This document shows, piece after piece, positions 1 through 10,000 of a DNA stretch of 32,000 nt (position 1 is the first letter of the stretch; each line of letters starts with the position of its first letter). The stretch lies in contig NC_010814.1 of the NCBI RefSeq assembly GCF_000020385.1, positions 2,220,001-2,252,000 of the forward strand, in the 5' to 3' direction. The position numbers and the translations under genes are program-made. The notes under the pieces were generated by a model, which had not been told where the DNA came from, ran no database searches, and was given only the letters and a program-made list of their open reading frames with translations. This DNA is from Trichlorobacter lovleyi SZ. GTDB lineage: Bacteria; Desulfobacterota; Desulfuromonadia; Geobacterales; Pseudopelobacteraceae.

Positions 1-670
1 GCAGCATGATCACCACGTCTGCGTCCTGGATCGCCTCTTTCATGGTGCCGCAAACAGTGACATTACCCAACTGCTCCACGCCAGGTGGCATCATGGTAGG
101 GGGGCCAGCCAGAAAGATGGAAGAGCCCATCTTGGTCAGTCCCTGAATGTTAGAGCGGGCCACCCGACTGTGGGTAATATCGCCTACCATGGCCACCTTA
201 AGGCCATCCAACCTGCCAAACTTATCCTTGATAGTCAACATATCCAGCAGTCCCTGGGAGGGATGCTCGTGGGCACCGTCACCGGCATTGATAATGGAGC
301 AACCGACCTTCTTGGATAAGAAGTAATGGGAACCGGAGACCGCATGACGCATCACAATGATGTCCGGCTTCATGGCCAGCAGGTTCAGAGCCGTATCAGC
401 CAGGGTTTCACCCTTGGTGGCAGAGCTGTTGGAGGGGGCAATATTGACCGTATCAGCTGAAAGCCGCTTACCTGCAATCTCAAATGAGGTACGGGTACGG
501 GTGGATGATTCGTAGAACAGGTTGATGATGGTCTTGCCCCGCAGGGTGGGCACCTTCTTGATATCCCGGCTGTTCACCTCTCGCATGTTTTCAGCAGTGG
601 AGATCAACAACTCAATCTCTTCCTTGCTCAGGTCACGCAGTGCAATAATATCCTTATGCTTGAATTCCAT
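1..670 (-). CDS. pyrB: Aspartate carbamoyltransferase catalytic subunit (partial; 3' end lies beyond the window start)
   Basis: My own reverse-strand translation from ATG at 670-668 gives [32 protein letters not shown]...[20 protein letters not shown]...[14 protein letters not shown]. It carries the STRTR carbamoyl-phosphate motif and an HP(S/T)Q motif. A purine-rich SD (GGGGAGGGG) lies just upstream. The gene is absent from the ORF track because the window edge truncates it. Confidence 0.9.
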   Translation of the reverse strand, partial: MEFKHKDIIALRDLSKEEIELLISTAENMREVNSRDIKKVPTLRGKTIINLFYESSTRTRTSFEIAGKRLSADTVNIAPSNSSATKGETLADTALNLLAMKPDIIVMRHAVSGSHYFLSKKVGCSIINAGDGAHEHPSQGLLDMLTIKDKFGRLDGLKVAMVGDITHSRVARSNIQGLTKMGSSIFLAGPPTMMPPGVEQLGNVTVCGTMKEAIQDADVVIML

Positions 671-682
671 GGCCCCTCCCCT

Positions 683-1315
<633 letters not shown>

Positions 1316-1316
1316 T

Positions 1317-1332
1317 TAACCTCACGGGGTTA
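1317..1332 (-). promoter_or_regulatory. Candidate PyrR-binding hairpin (anti-antiterminator element)
   Basis: The minus-strand RNA UAACC-CCGUGA-GGUUA forms a 5-bp stem with a CNGNGA-type hexaloop. This resembles the CAGAGA loop of the Bacillus PyrR binding loop UCCAGAGAGG (recalled from memory). It lies about 35 nt upstream of the terminator. Confidence 0.35.
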
Positions 1333-1390
1333 GATTAAAAGGCAGATATGAAAAGAAGTGAGCTACTCTACCACTCTCCAGCGAAAACGG

Positions 1391-3004
1391 TCAAGGAGAA
1401 GTTTTGACCGAAGCCATATGAATCGCCCTGATAAAGGTAGCCTCGGTTGCCTGCTTGATCTCCTCGATCACCGCCTGGGAAACAGCGGAATCAATCGAGA
1501 GGATGACCATTGCCTCACCTTTTTTCTCACTGCGCCCCAGGTTCATGGAACCGATATTGATCTCATGCTTGCCCATGATGGTGCCAATCTTGCCGATCAT
1601 ACCGGGACGGTCAGCATAATGCAGCAACAGCATATGCTCTTCCGGGGTAAAGTCCATGGCATAGTCACGCAACCGGACAATGCGTGGTGCTCCTTCAAAG
1701 AGCGCACCGGCAATGGTGCGACGCTTGCCGTCACCTTCAGCAATCAGGGTAATCAGGTTGGAAAAGGCATCAGCCGAAGTAGTCTTGGTCTCTTCCACCA
1801 CAATCCCCATCTGCTCGGCGATCAGGGAGGCGTTCACCATGTTGACATCCTGGTCAACCACCCGTCCCAGCAGTGCTGCCAGACCACACACCGTCAGCGG
1901 TGAACAGTCATAGTGGGCAATGGCACCGGCATAACTGAAGGTGATCTTCTCTGGATGACCATCCAGCAACTGGATACCAAAATCAGCCATTACATTAACC
2001 AGATTCAGGAATGGCCGCATCTGATCCATCAAGGCCATATCAAAGCGAGGAATATTCACCGCATTTTCCAACGGCTTTTCATCCAGATAGTTCAGGATCT
2101 CCTTGGACACATCCACGGCCACATTGATCTGGGCCTCGTGGGTATTGGCCCCCAGGTGAGGAGTGACCGTGACTCTGGGATGGGCGATCAGTCCTTTAAG
2201 GACATCTGTCTTGGGTGGTTCTTCACTCCAGACATCGACCCCGGCAATGGCGATCTTGCCATTATTCATGGCATCCAGCAGGGCCGGTTCATCAATGATC
2301 CCGCCCCGGGCCACGTTCATCACAATCACGCCGTCTTTCATCATGGCCAGTTCACGGGCACCGATCATCCCCTTGGTCTCATCAGTCAGCGGGGTATGGA
2401 CGGTAATGATGTCGCATTTTTTGTAGATCTCGTCATGGGAAACCAGCTTAACCCCCAGATCATGGGCCCGCTTGACCGCAATATATGGATCACAGGCCAG
2501 CACCTCACATTCAAAGGCCTTCAAACGGGTTGCAACACGACCACCAACCTTGCCCAGACCAATCACCCCGGCTGTCTTGCCTTTCAGTTCAACCCCGGTA
2601 AAAGGGGCACGCTTCCACTCACCGGCCTTCAGCGAGGCGTTGGCCACCGTCACGTTACGACAGGCCGCCATCAGCAGCGCCATGGTATGCTCGGCGGCAC
2701 TGTTAGTATTGCCAAAGGGGGCATTCACCACAATCACCCCTTTTGAGCTGGCATAGTCCACATCCACGTTATCAATGCCAACACCAGCCCGGGCAACCAT
2801 CTTCAGGTTCTTGGCCGCATCCAGCAAATCTTTGTCGACCGTCGTGCCACTACGGGTAATGATCACTTCATAGTCACCGATCAAGGCAAGCAATTCTTCC
2901 TTTTTCAAACCCAAACGGATATCCATCTCAATGCGTGGATCCTGTTTGAGAAGTTCCAGCCCTTGGTCAGCGACCTCATCAGTAACAATAATTTTCATGG
3001 TCAT
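1391..3004 (-). CDS. serA: D-3-phosphoglycerate dehydrogenase (long form with C-terminal ASB/ACT regulatory domains)
   Basis: The ORF contains the NAD-binding motif GVIGLGKVGGRVA, the 2-hydroxyacid dehydrogenase core (VHTPLT...ARGGIIDE) and a C-terminal ACT-like tail. I trimmed the start to MTMKIIVTDE (ATG 3004-3002, GGGGA SD upstream). The 30 extra residues in the track ORF look like leader sequence. Confidence 0.9.
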   Translation of the reverse strand: MTMKIIVTDEVADQGLELLKQDPRIEMDIRLGLKKEELLALIGDYEVIITRSGTTVDKDLLDAAKNLKMVARAGVGIDNVDVDYASSKGVIVVNAPFGNTNSAAEHTMALLMAACRNVTVANASLKAGEWKRAPFTGVELKGKTAGVIGLGKVGGRVATRLKAFECEVLACDPYIAVKRAHDLGVKLVSHDEIYKKCDIITVHTPLTDETKGMIGARELAMMKDGVIVMNVARGGIIDEPALLDAMNNGKIAIAGVDVWSEEPPKTDVLKGLIAHPRVTVTPHLGANTHEAQINVAVDVSKEILNYLDEKPLENAVNIPRFDMALMDQMRPFLNLVNVMADFGIQLLDGHPEKITFSYAGAIAHYDCSPLTVCGLAALLGRVVDQDVNMVNASLIAEQMGIVVEETKTTSADAFSNLITLIAEGDGKRRTIAGALFEGAPRIVRLRDYAMDFTPEEHMLLLHYADRPGMIGKIGTIMGKHEINIGSMNLGRSEKKGEAMVILSIDSAVSQAVIEEIKQATEATFIRAIHMASVKTSP

Positions 3005-3099
3005 AGTCCCCGTGTTTGTTGTATTCAAGTTTTTGCATCCTAGACCTGACCCGCAAAAAATGCAAGCGGACTGAAACTGTCTTGAGGTATACATTACCT

Positions 3100-3564
3100 A
3101 TGAAAACCTTCAACATTGTACTGATTGAGCCAGAAATACCACCTAACACCGGCAACATAGCCCGCCTTTGTGCAGCCACTGCTGCAACTTTGCATTTAGT
3201 CGGCAAACTGGGATTTTCCATTGATGATCGCTACCTGAAACGGGCCGGACTTGATTACTGGGACAAGGTTGACTTAAAGCGATGGGAGAACCTGGAACAG
3301 TTGCAGCAACAGCACCCGGAAGGCCGTTTCTGGTACCTCAGCACCAAGGTTGCCAGAAACTGCTATGAGCAGGGGATTTATCAACCAGGAGATTTTCTGG
3401 TCTTTGGCAAGGAAACCGCCGGCCTGCCGGCAGAGCTGCTACTGGCGAACCAGGAACGCTGCCTGACCATACCGATGCCGGGTCAGGTACGCAGCCTGAA
3501 CCTGTCAAACGCTGCAGCAGTGGTGCTGTATGAGGCATTACGTCAGACAGGACAACTACAGTAG
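3100..3564 (+). CDS. trmL: tRNA (cytidine/uridine-2'-O)-methyltransferase TrmL (SpoU/TrmH family)
   Basis: From MKTFNIVLIEPEIPPNTGNIARLCAA...RAGLDYW...FGKETAGLP...RSLNLSNAAAVVLYEALRQ the protein is near-colinear with E. coli YibK/TrmL as I recall it. The start was trimmed from the track ORF (3016) to the ATG at 3100. Confidence 0.9.
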   Translation: MKTFNIVLIEPEIPPNTGNIARLCAATAATLHLVGKLGFSIDDRYLKRAGLDYWDKVDLKRWENLEQLQQQHPEGRFWYLSTKVARNCYEQGIYQPGDFLVFGKETAGLPAELLLANQERCLTIPMPGQVRSLNLSNAAAVVLYEALRQTGQLQ

Positions 3565-3565
3565 C

Positions 3566-4432
3566 CTACACCCCATGCACCAATGAAAGAAAGAAGTCTT
3601 CCAGATTTTTCCGGCGTGGTTCAACCAGGACTATTTCACGACCAGTTGCGACCTGTTCAGCAAGAAAACGGTCAAGCAACTCTTTAGGCACCTCTTCATC
3701 CAGCACTGCTCCATCAGCATCCTTTAAACGGACCTGATAGCCAACTATGCCACGTGACATAATGGCATCCACCCGGTCCACCAGCTTTAGTTCACCATGC
3801 AGCAGAATACCTACACGGTCACAGACCTTTTCAACATCATCAGTAATATGGGTGCTGAAAAAAACAGATTTCCCGCGTTTTTTCAAATCAACGATAATTT
3901 CCTTCACCAGTGCCCGACCAATCGGGTCCAGACCACTCATCGGCTCATCCAGAATATAGACATCAGGATCATGAATCAGCACCTGCGCCAAACCGACCCG
4001 CTGCACCATCCCCTTGCTGTAGCCACGGATAGGACGCTTACGCGCTTCCCACAACTCAAGTTGTTTCAATACCTCTGCAGAGCGGCGGGTTAACAGTGCA
4101 TCAGGCATTTTGAATGTTTTACCCACAAACTGCAGATACTCTTCCGCTGTCAGATAATCATAAAAAGCCGGGTTCTCAGGCAAGTAACCGACATTACGAC
4201 GGGAAGCCTCTGACCCGATCGCCTCTCCCATAATTGAAGCAGTGCCGGATGTTGGCCGGATCAACCCCATCAAACATTTGATGGTCGTACTTTTACCGGC
4301 ACCGTTGGGGCCTAGAAAGCCGAACACCTCACCCTGCTCTATTGAAAGTGTCAGTCCCTTCAACGCCTCAACGGTCTGGCGTTTTTTACCTTTAAATGAT
4401 TTACTCAGACCCTGCATATCAAGAGCGTACAT
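3566..4432 (-). CDS. ABC transporter ATP-binding protein (ABC-2/DrrA-type exporter ATPase)
   Basis: It has Walker A GPNGAGKST, the signature YSKGMVQRV, Walker B ILDEPMSGLD and an H-loop (STH). A strong SD (GAGGTGA) lies 4-5 nt upstream of the ATG at 4432. Confidence 0.9.
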   Translation of the reverse strand: MYALDMQGLSKSFKGKKRQTVEALKGLTLSIEQGEVFGFLGPNGAGKSTTIKCLMGLIRPTSGTASIMGEAIGSEASRRNVGYLPENPAFYDYLTAEEYLQFVGKTFKMPDALLTRRSAEVLKQLELWEARKRPIRGYSKGMVQRVGLAQVLIHDPDVYILDEPMSGLDPIGRALVKEIIVDLKKRGKSVFFSTHITDDVEKVCDRVGILLHGELKLVDRVDAIMSRGIVGYQVRLKDADGAVLDEEVPKELLDRFLAEQVATGREIVLVEPRRKNLEDFFLSLVHGV

Positions 4433-4441
4433 CAGCTCACC

Positions 4442-5308
4442 TCACTTATTTTTTGTTGCAAAAGCAAACTTGCTGGTTGTTGTCACCTTGCCGGAGGGTT
4501 CAAGATAGAATCTTCCACCGTAGGGATCTGCCGGTGCCGGAGCAAGCAAACCGAGCTGCACCAATTGTTCAACAGAGACGGGTAAACCGCCATGCTCTGC
4601 CATAAATCTATCCCTTGCAATTTCAATTCGCTTGACTTCATAGAAGGCTGCCAACCGGATCTGGTAGTCTTTTTTTATAGATTGGTTTCTCTCACCTTTT
4701 TCAATAACTGTCAGATAGGCAATAGCCAAATCTGTCTGCCCTGATTCTTGCATATAACGTCCGGCAAGACTCTTGTGCAGTTCTTGACCACTTAAATCAG
4801 CGGCTCTCTTGTAATATGCAGCAGCTTTTGGATAGTCCTTTAAAAAATAGGCACTATTAAAGCCGGCAAAAAACGGTAGATACCAGTCCCAAGTACGGTA
4901 TTTCATACCGTAGTCAAGCAAGTCGTTAGCAACCTTAAACTGTTTGGCATCCCACGTTAGAAAACCTTGTGCGAAATAGTAGGCATCCATATTGTAGGGG
5001 TCTAGTTGCACAGCACCATGCAGCAATCGAGACATTCCCTGCAAATCAAGCGGCTCGCTGATCACCTTATCCTCTTGAGCCTTGCCTATAATGCCACCAA
5101 AGTACATCAACACCTTCATCACCAAAGATGCGCCTACCAACTCCTTTTGATCAGCACTCAGCGGCTTCAGAAGCTTCACACTGGGGACATATCCAAGCTT
5201 CTCCTCAATCGGCTTATTGGCCATATACGAGGAAAAAGGAACTATCAGCAGTCCATAGCAAAGCAGACCGCTAACCAGCAAAGCAACCGGAATACGCAGG
5301 CTGTTCAC
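4442..5308 (-). CDS. Membrane-anchored TPR-like protein encoded inside the ABC-2 exporter operon
   Basis: The 288-aa ORF has an N-terminal TM segment (IPVALLVSGLLCYGLLIV) followed by TPR-like helical repeats (DPYNMDAYYFAQGF..., YPKAAAYYKRAADL..., DLAIAYL). Its GTG start overlaps the permease stop (GTGA), and a 9-nt gap separates it from the ATPase gene. Confidence 0.6.
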   Translation of the reverse strand: MNSLRIPVALLVSGLLCYGLLIVPFSSYMANKPIEEKLGYVPSVKLLKPLSADQKELVGASLVMKVLMYFGGIIGKAQEDKVISEPLDLQGMSRLLHGAVQLDPYNMDAYYFAQGFLTWDAKQFKVANDLLDYGMKYRTWDWYLPFFAGFNSAYFLKDYPKAAAYYKRAADLSGQELHKSLAGRYMQESGQTDLAIAYLTVIEKGERNQSIKKDYQIRLAAFYEVKRIEIARDRFMAEHGGLPVSVEQLVQLGLLAPAPADPYGGRFYLEPSGKVTTTSKFAFATKNK

Positions 5309-6099
5309 TTCATTTCCCTCCGGTTAAACAGCAGAGCTGCACTACCCAGCAAAATGGCAGTGTAGCCAGCAAAGTAGCCCACAGTCATCGCAAGTCCTTG
5401 TGGATTGGGGGCAATACTGTATATCGCGTTCACCTTCAGATCAAATCCAGCCAGATTAGGCAACAGGTAATAAACGACTGACGCGACAGCCTTTAAAAAC
5501 GGTGAAACCGCCTGCACCGATGCCGTAGAGTGTACAAATTCATAGACTTGTTGAGTAATGCTACTGGCCAAAAATGTGCAGATGGAGCCAAAAACTGGCA
5601 AAAAGAAGGAAGTACTAACCGTGGAAAGCAGCATTGCCACTGCTACCAGCAGGATATACTTAAAGGTGATGAACAGTAAGGTCAGTAGCAGATAATTCCA
5701 GACAACGGGACGAGCAGGAGGATACATTCCTGACGCCACCTTGATCACCAGTAACGAAACCGCTCCAAGTACGGCTGAAGTCAGTATTAGGAACAGGGCC
5801 AAGCCCAAAAAACGGCCTAGCAGATAAGAACTACGGCTAAGAGGCAGGCTAAGTACGCTAAAGGTATAGCGTCGTTCCATATCCCTCCAGAGCGAGGTTG
5901 CCCCCAAAAAGACTGAAAGAAGCAACAGAATAAACGAGATCAGTGAAAGCGAGAGTGTAATAGAAAGCTCGGTTACCTGACGCATAGAAAGCGAGGCAGC
6001 TGAAGGAATAAAAAGAAACAAAACAGCCAAGGCCATGATCCCTTGGAATACTCGATCTCGAAAGATACCTATAAGCGTAATCTTCATAATGTTGGTCAT
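5305..6099 (-). CDS. ABC-2 family transporter permease
   Basis: The product is a polytopic hydrophobic protein with about 6 TM segments. It is translationally coupled to the downstream TPR gene and the ATPase. I prefer the ATG at 6099 (GGAG 8-11 nt upstream) over the TTG at 6117 used by the track. Confidence 0.75.
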   Translation of the reverse strand: MTNIMKITLIGIFRDRVFQGIMALAVLFLFIPSAASLSMRQVTELSITLSLSLISFILLLLSVFLGATSLWRDMERRYTFSVLSLPLSRSSYLLGRFLGLALFLILTSAVLGAVSLLVIKVASGMYPPARPVVWNYLLLTLLFITFKYILLVAVAMLLSTVSTSFFLPVFGSICTFLASSITQQVYEFVHSTASVQAVSPFLKAVASVVYYLLPNLAGFDLKVNAIYSIAPNPQGLAMTVGYFAGYTAILLGSAALLFNRREMK

Positions 6100-6184
6100 A
6101 AAAGCTACTCCGTTCAACTACAATATTATAGATTGATCCTGCCCACCATCGACACCGAAGTCCCTCAAGCAAAATTTAGATCTA

Positions 6185-7060
6185 TCAAAGCAAACCTTGT
6201 ATTAAGTCAGCAAGCTCTTGATTTGTTTTACGAATATTTTCCAAGTACTGCTGCGCCTTCTTGACCTTGCCTGCACTACCGAGCAACCTAATCAGGCCGC
6301 AATGCGCCTGAAATGACTCATTATCAAATTTTAAAGCACTTCTATACATAGTAAAAGCTTTAGCAAACTTATCATTTTTTTGGTAGAAATCTGCCATCAT
6401 CAGATACTCATCAACCCCAGCCATATCACGCTCTAGCAGCTGTTCACAGAATCTGATCGCTTCTACAAACTGCCCCAATTCCCAACATTCAGAGGCTATT
6501 TCAGCAAGATACAAACTTTCATCAACATGTTCTCGCTTTATAAGTCTCGCTTGAATATCACTTACAGCGTTAACATAATGCCTAATGGCAAATTTCTTTT
6601 CTTCTTCGCTTTTCTCTTGCCAATAAGGGTCCAAAAGCAAATTACAATCAAAATTAAAATCAACAGTCAGGGGATAGTGATCTAATCGGTTAATAAGTCT
6701 CCATTTTTTACTAAAATAATAAAAAGTTGCCTCTGATATAGCCCTGAGGTGAGTGGGATCCTGCCACGCCCTGATACTGGAATAATAAGGGGCGATAATT
6801 TCAGCTTTCGCGCCTACTTTCATAATGCGATACAGTTCATTAATAAAGGCGATGAGATCAGGAGTATGCTCAATGTAATGAGAGCAGAAAACCTCATCAA
6901 CACTATTATCTTCAAAAGGCCATGGGAATTGCCATAAATCAACGACAATATCCGCCCCCTCCCAAAGATCTACACCAACAAAACCGGGACGTTTGTTTTT
7001 CCCACACGCGATATCTAGCTTCAGCTCTCTTTGAATATCATCTCCAGCTATTTGCTGCAT
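6185..7060 (-). CDS. Class I SAM-dependent methyltransferase fused to a C-terminal TPR-like domain
   Basis: The N-terminal half has motif I LDIACG, post-I VGVD, and VDEVFCSHYIEH (Methyltransf_11/23-like). The C-terminal roughly 100 aa are TPR-like helices (GQFVEAIRFCEQLL..., DKFAKAFTMYRSALKFD..., GKVKKAQQYLENI). The start overlaps the stop of the upstream gene by 13 nt. Confidence 0.7.
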   Translation of the reverse strand: MQQIAGDDIQRELKLDIACGKNKRPGFVGVDLWEGADIVVDLWQFPWPFEDNSVDEVFCSHYIEHTPDLIAFINELYRIMKVGAKAEIIAPYYSSIRAWQDPTHLRAISEATFYYFSKKWRLINRLDHYPLTVDFNFDCNLLLDPYWQEKSEEEKKFAIRHYVNAVSDIQARLIKREHVDESLYLAEIASECWELGQFVEAIRFCEQLLERDMAGVDEYLMMADFYQKNDKFAKAFTMYRSALKFDNESFQAHCGLIRLLGSAGKVKKAQQYLENIRKTNQELADLIQGLL

Positions 7061-10000
7061 TTGTAGTCACTCCATATTTTATCAAGTGCGCTTTCAAAAG
7101 ATCGGGCAAAAAGTTCACCATCAAACAACGAAGAGTTGATAAAACATTCACGGATAGACTGTCGAAAATTTGGACGCTGGCAAATATTCTCAGCTAACAT
7201 AACCGCCCGATCAATATAATCGTTTCTATCTCTTGCAACTAGCTCTGATAATCCGATCCGATTTAAAATTGATGCTCCAACTCTTCCCGCATGTCGATCA
7301 CCTGTAAAAGTGACCACAGGGACCCCCATCCACAAGGCCTCACAGGTTGTAGTTGTACCATTATAGGGAAAGGTATCTAATGCTATATCGACATGCTGGT
7401 ACATACAAAGGTGTTCCTTGATATCGGGGGCTGCTGGTAACAAAATAATCCTATCCGATGTAATTCCAAACGCTGCAAACCCATCATAAAACTTTTGTTG
7501 TATAGATTGATCGGAGAAAAACCAGTTTTTCAACATTATGACTGAACCTTCAACTCTGTTAAGAATTGTAGCCCATGTTTCTATTACATAAGGAGACGTT
7601 TTAGAAATATTGTTAAATGAACCAAATGTGACACATCCTTTTCTGATACAAGGAAAGTCAGTAACATTTGGTGCCTCTTTCGGCGGTTCGTAACATAAGA
7701 AACCTTCAGAAAGTCTAACTAGCTTTTCAGTATACCATCTATCATCACCATCTACAGGGTCTGCTATATCGTCAGTAAATCTATAATCAATCTCTGTTAG
7801 GCCTGTAGTATTGGGGTAGCCCAACCATGAAACTTGTATAGGACTCGGCTTTGCAGCAAACACCTCCAACCTGTTTCTAGAAGTGTGACCCGCCAGATCA
7901 AATAAAATATGCACATGATTTTCTTTAATAACTTCAAACAACTCCTGATGAACAATGCCAAACACCTCATGCCATTCATCTGCATATGATTGCAAACGAT
8001 TTGTTACTTGGTCATTTTTAATTACATCAGAAAAACATACAATTTCGTATTTTTTCTTATCCAGATGACTAAATAACGGACCAAGAAAATAGGCCACAGA
8101 GTGTTTTCTAAAATCAGGCGAAACAAATCCAATTCTTAACTTCTCAGGTACGACAGCATCCTGGACTAACAAATCATTGTAATCAAGCGCACTTGCTTGC
8201 CACCCTATATACTGTTTCCAAGCAACACTTCTCGTATAGTATTCTTCCTGCGTGACTTTTGGAGTATAATTCATAAAAAGCAATTGGTTTGATCTAATAT
8301 GAAGCCTCTCGGGCTGTAATGCATAGGCCTTGTCATATGATTTACTTGCCTCAGACATGTTACCGCAAACCATTTGCAAACTTGCCTTATTATTCCATGC
8401 CTCAGCGTAACGATCTTCAATCTCAAGGGCCTTATCAAAACACTCAAATGCTTTGTTCAGCTGTCCAAGTGAGGAATAAACGAGCCCCAAGCTGTTGTGT
8501 GCAATAAAATTATTTTTGTCTAAAGCAATCGCCTTCTTAAACAATTTTTGGCTCGAGAGAGGATTATTTCGTTCCCTAGTGAAGTTCCCTTGTTGAGTAC
8601 ATAACTGTGCATACTCTATAGCTTGGTGAGTATTTTGTTCACCGCCCCCCCATAACTGAAACAGTAACTCTTCAACATCATGTGCGAACCTTCTCCCATC
8701 GCAAAGCGGAGAGTTAAGTAAAGCTGGACGTAATGAGTCTCGAAAAAACTGCAGTTTTTCAAGGTCAAAAGACAACTTTACTGCTGTTTCAATATATTCA
8801 TCTTTATTTGTTGTAACAAGTTCATAAAGCCCTAGTAAATCAAGAAATGTTTTGGTTTGCCTGCTTATTGGGGTAGTACCAGCCAGTGTAATTATTGGGA
8901 CCCCCATCCACAAAGCATTCAAACTTGTCATGCCTCCTGTAAAGGGAAATGTATCCAGCATGATATCAATATCTCCGTGTTCCATAAGCATGAGATATGG
9001 AGATGAAAATGTCCGAAACTCAATCCTACGGGGAGAAACTCCATACGTCGAAAATAGCTCTCTAAATCTTCGCCGAACAGACACATCCTTAAAGGTACTA
9101 AATTTTAAAACTAAACGGGACTTCGGCACCCTCTTCATAATATCAGACCATACTTCAACTACATTTTCTGAAATTTTCAAAGGATTGTTGAAACTACCAA
9201 AAGTTATGAATTCTGAATCAAGACAAGGAGATTCAACTACTTCTGGGCTAGGTGATGGTTGCACAAAACAAAAGCGGCTATACGGCAGACATACAACCCG
9301 TTCAACGAACCACTGTTCATCTTGCGGCTGTATAAAATCATTATCTGCAATTATATAGTCAATCGAATCCAGACCAGTTGTATGCCCGTATCCCATCCAT
9401 GTCATTTGAATAGTCGCTGGCCGAAAACAAAAAATCTGTATCCTGCTCTTAACGGTATGACCAGCAAGATCGATTAATATATCAATTTTATCGTTTCTAA
9501 TTATTTCAGCAGCGTCCTGATCACTTAAGGCCGTAATATCTCGCCATATAGCTGCTTTTTCTTGATAGCTATCGGTTATCTGGTCATGCCTACTACCGTT
9601 GCTATAACAAAACAATGAAAGTCGTTCAGAATTATAATTCTGGAACAGAGCAAGCAATAAAATACCAACCGGATGATGACAAAAATCTGGAGAGACAAAA
9701 CCAACTCGCAACAGCTTTTTCTTCTTACGCGGAAGACAGTCACTCCAAGGTTCAGCGTCAAGCTCTAAAACATCGGCTACTTGCCTGGACAGTTCAAAAA
9801 CATCACTTTGTTTGGCAGTAGCATCATAAAACAGAAACGACATCAAGGTTGTCAGCATCTCATAGTTAAAAGGAGATATCTCAACGCCTCTTTTAAGTGT
9901 CTGGACAGCCTTGGAAATATCACCCATTGCACCTTGGGCAAGCGCAAGATTTCCAATCGCCCCTAAATGATCGGGCGCTAGTTCTAGCGCACGCTCACAA

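Noticed and set aside
1358-2756. Several long plus-strand ORFs (181, 277, 87, 94 aa and others) lie inside the serA region.
   Set aside because: They lie antisense to a reading frame with unmistakable SerA motifs. They have low-complexity, His/Gly/Pro-rich composition, no RBS and no recognisable motifs. Such shadow ORFs are typical of GC-rich coding DNA. The same reasoning applies to the antisense ORFs within the ABC, SBP, TPR, sensor-phosphatase, purM, CotH and holA genes.
3029-3058. The inverted repeat TTTTTGC...GCAAAAA (with nested TTGCAT/ATGCAA) between the divergent serA and trmL genes could be an operator.
   Set aside because: The arms are short and A/T-rich, the loop is 16 nt, and the extension is imperfect. 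This is likely chance or part of ordinary promoter DNA.
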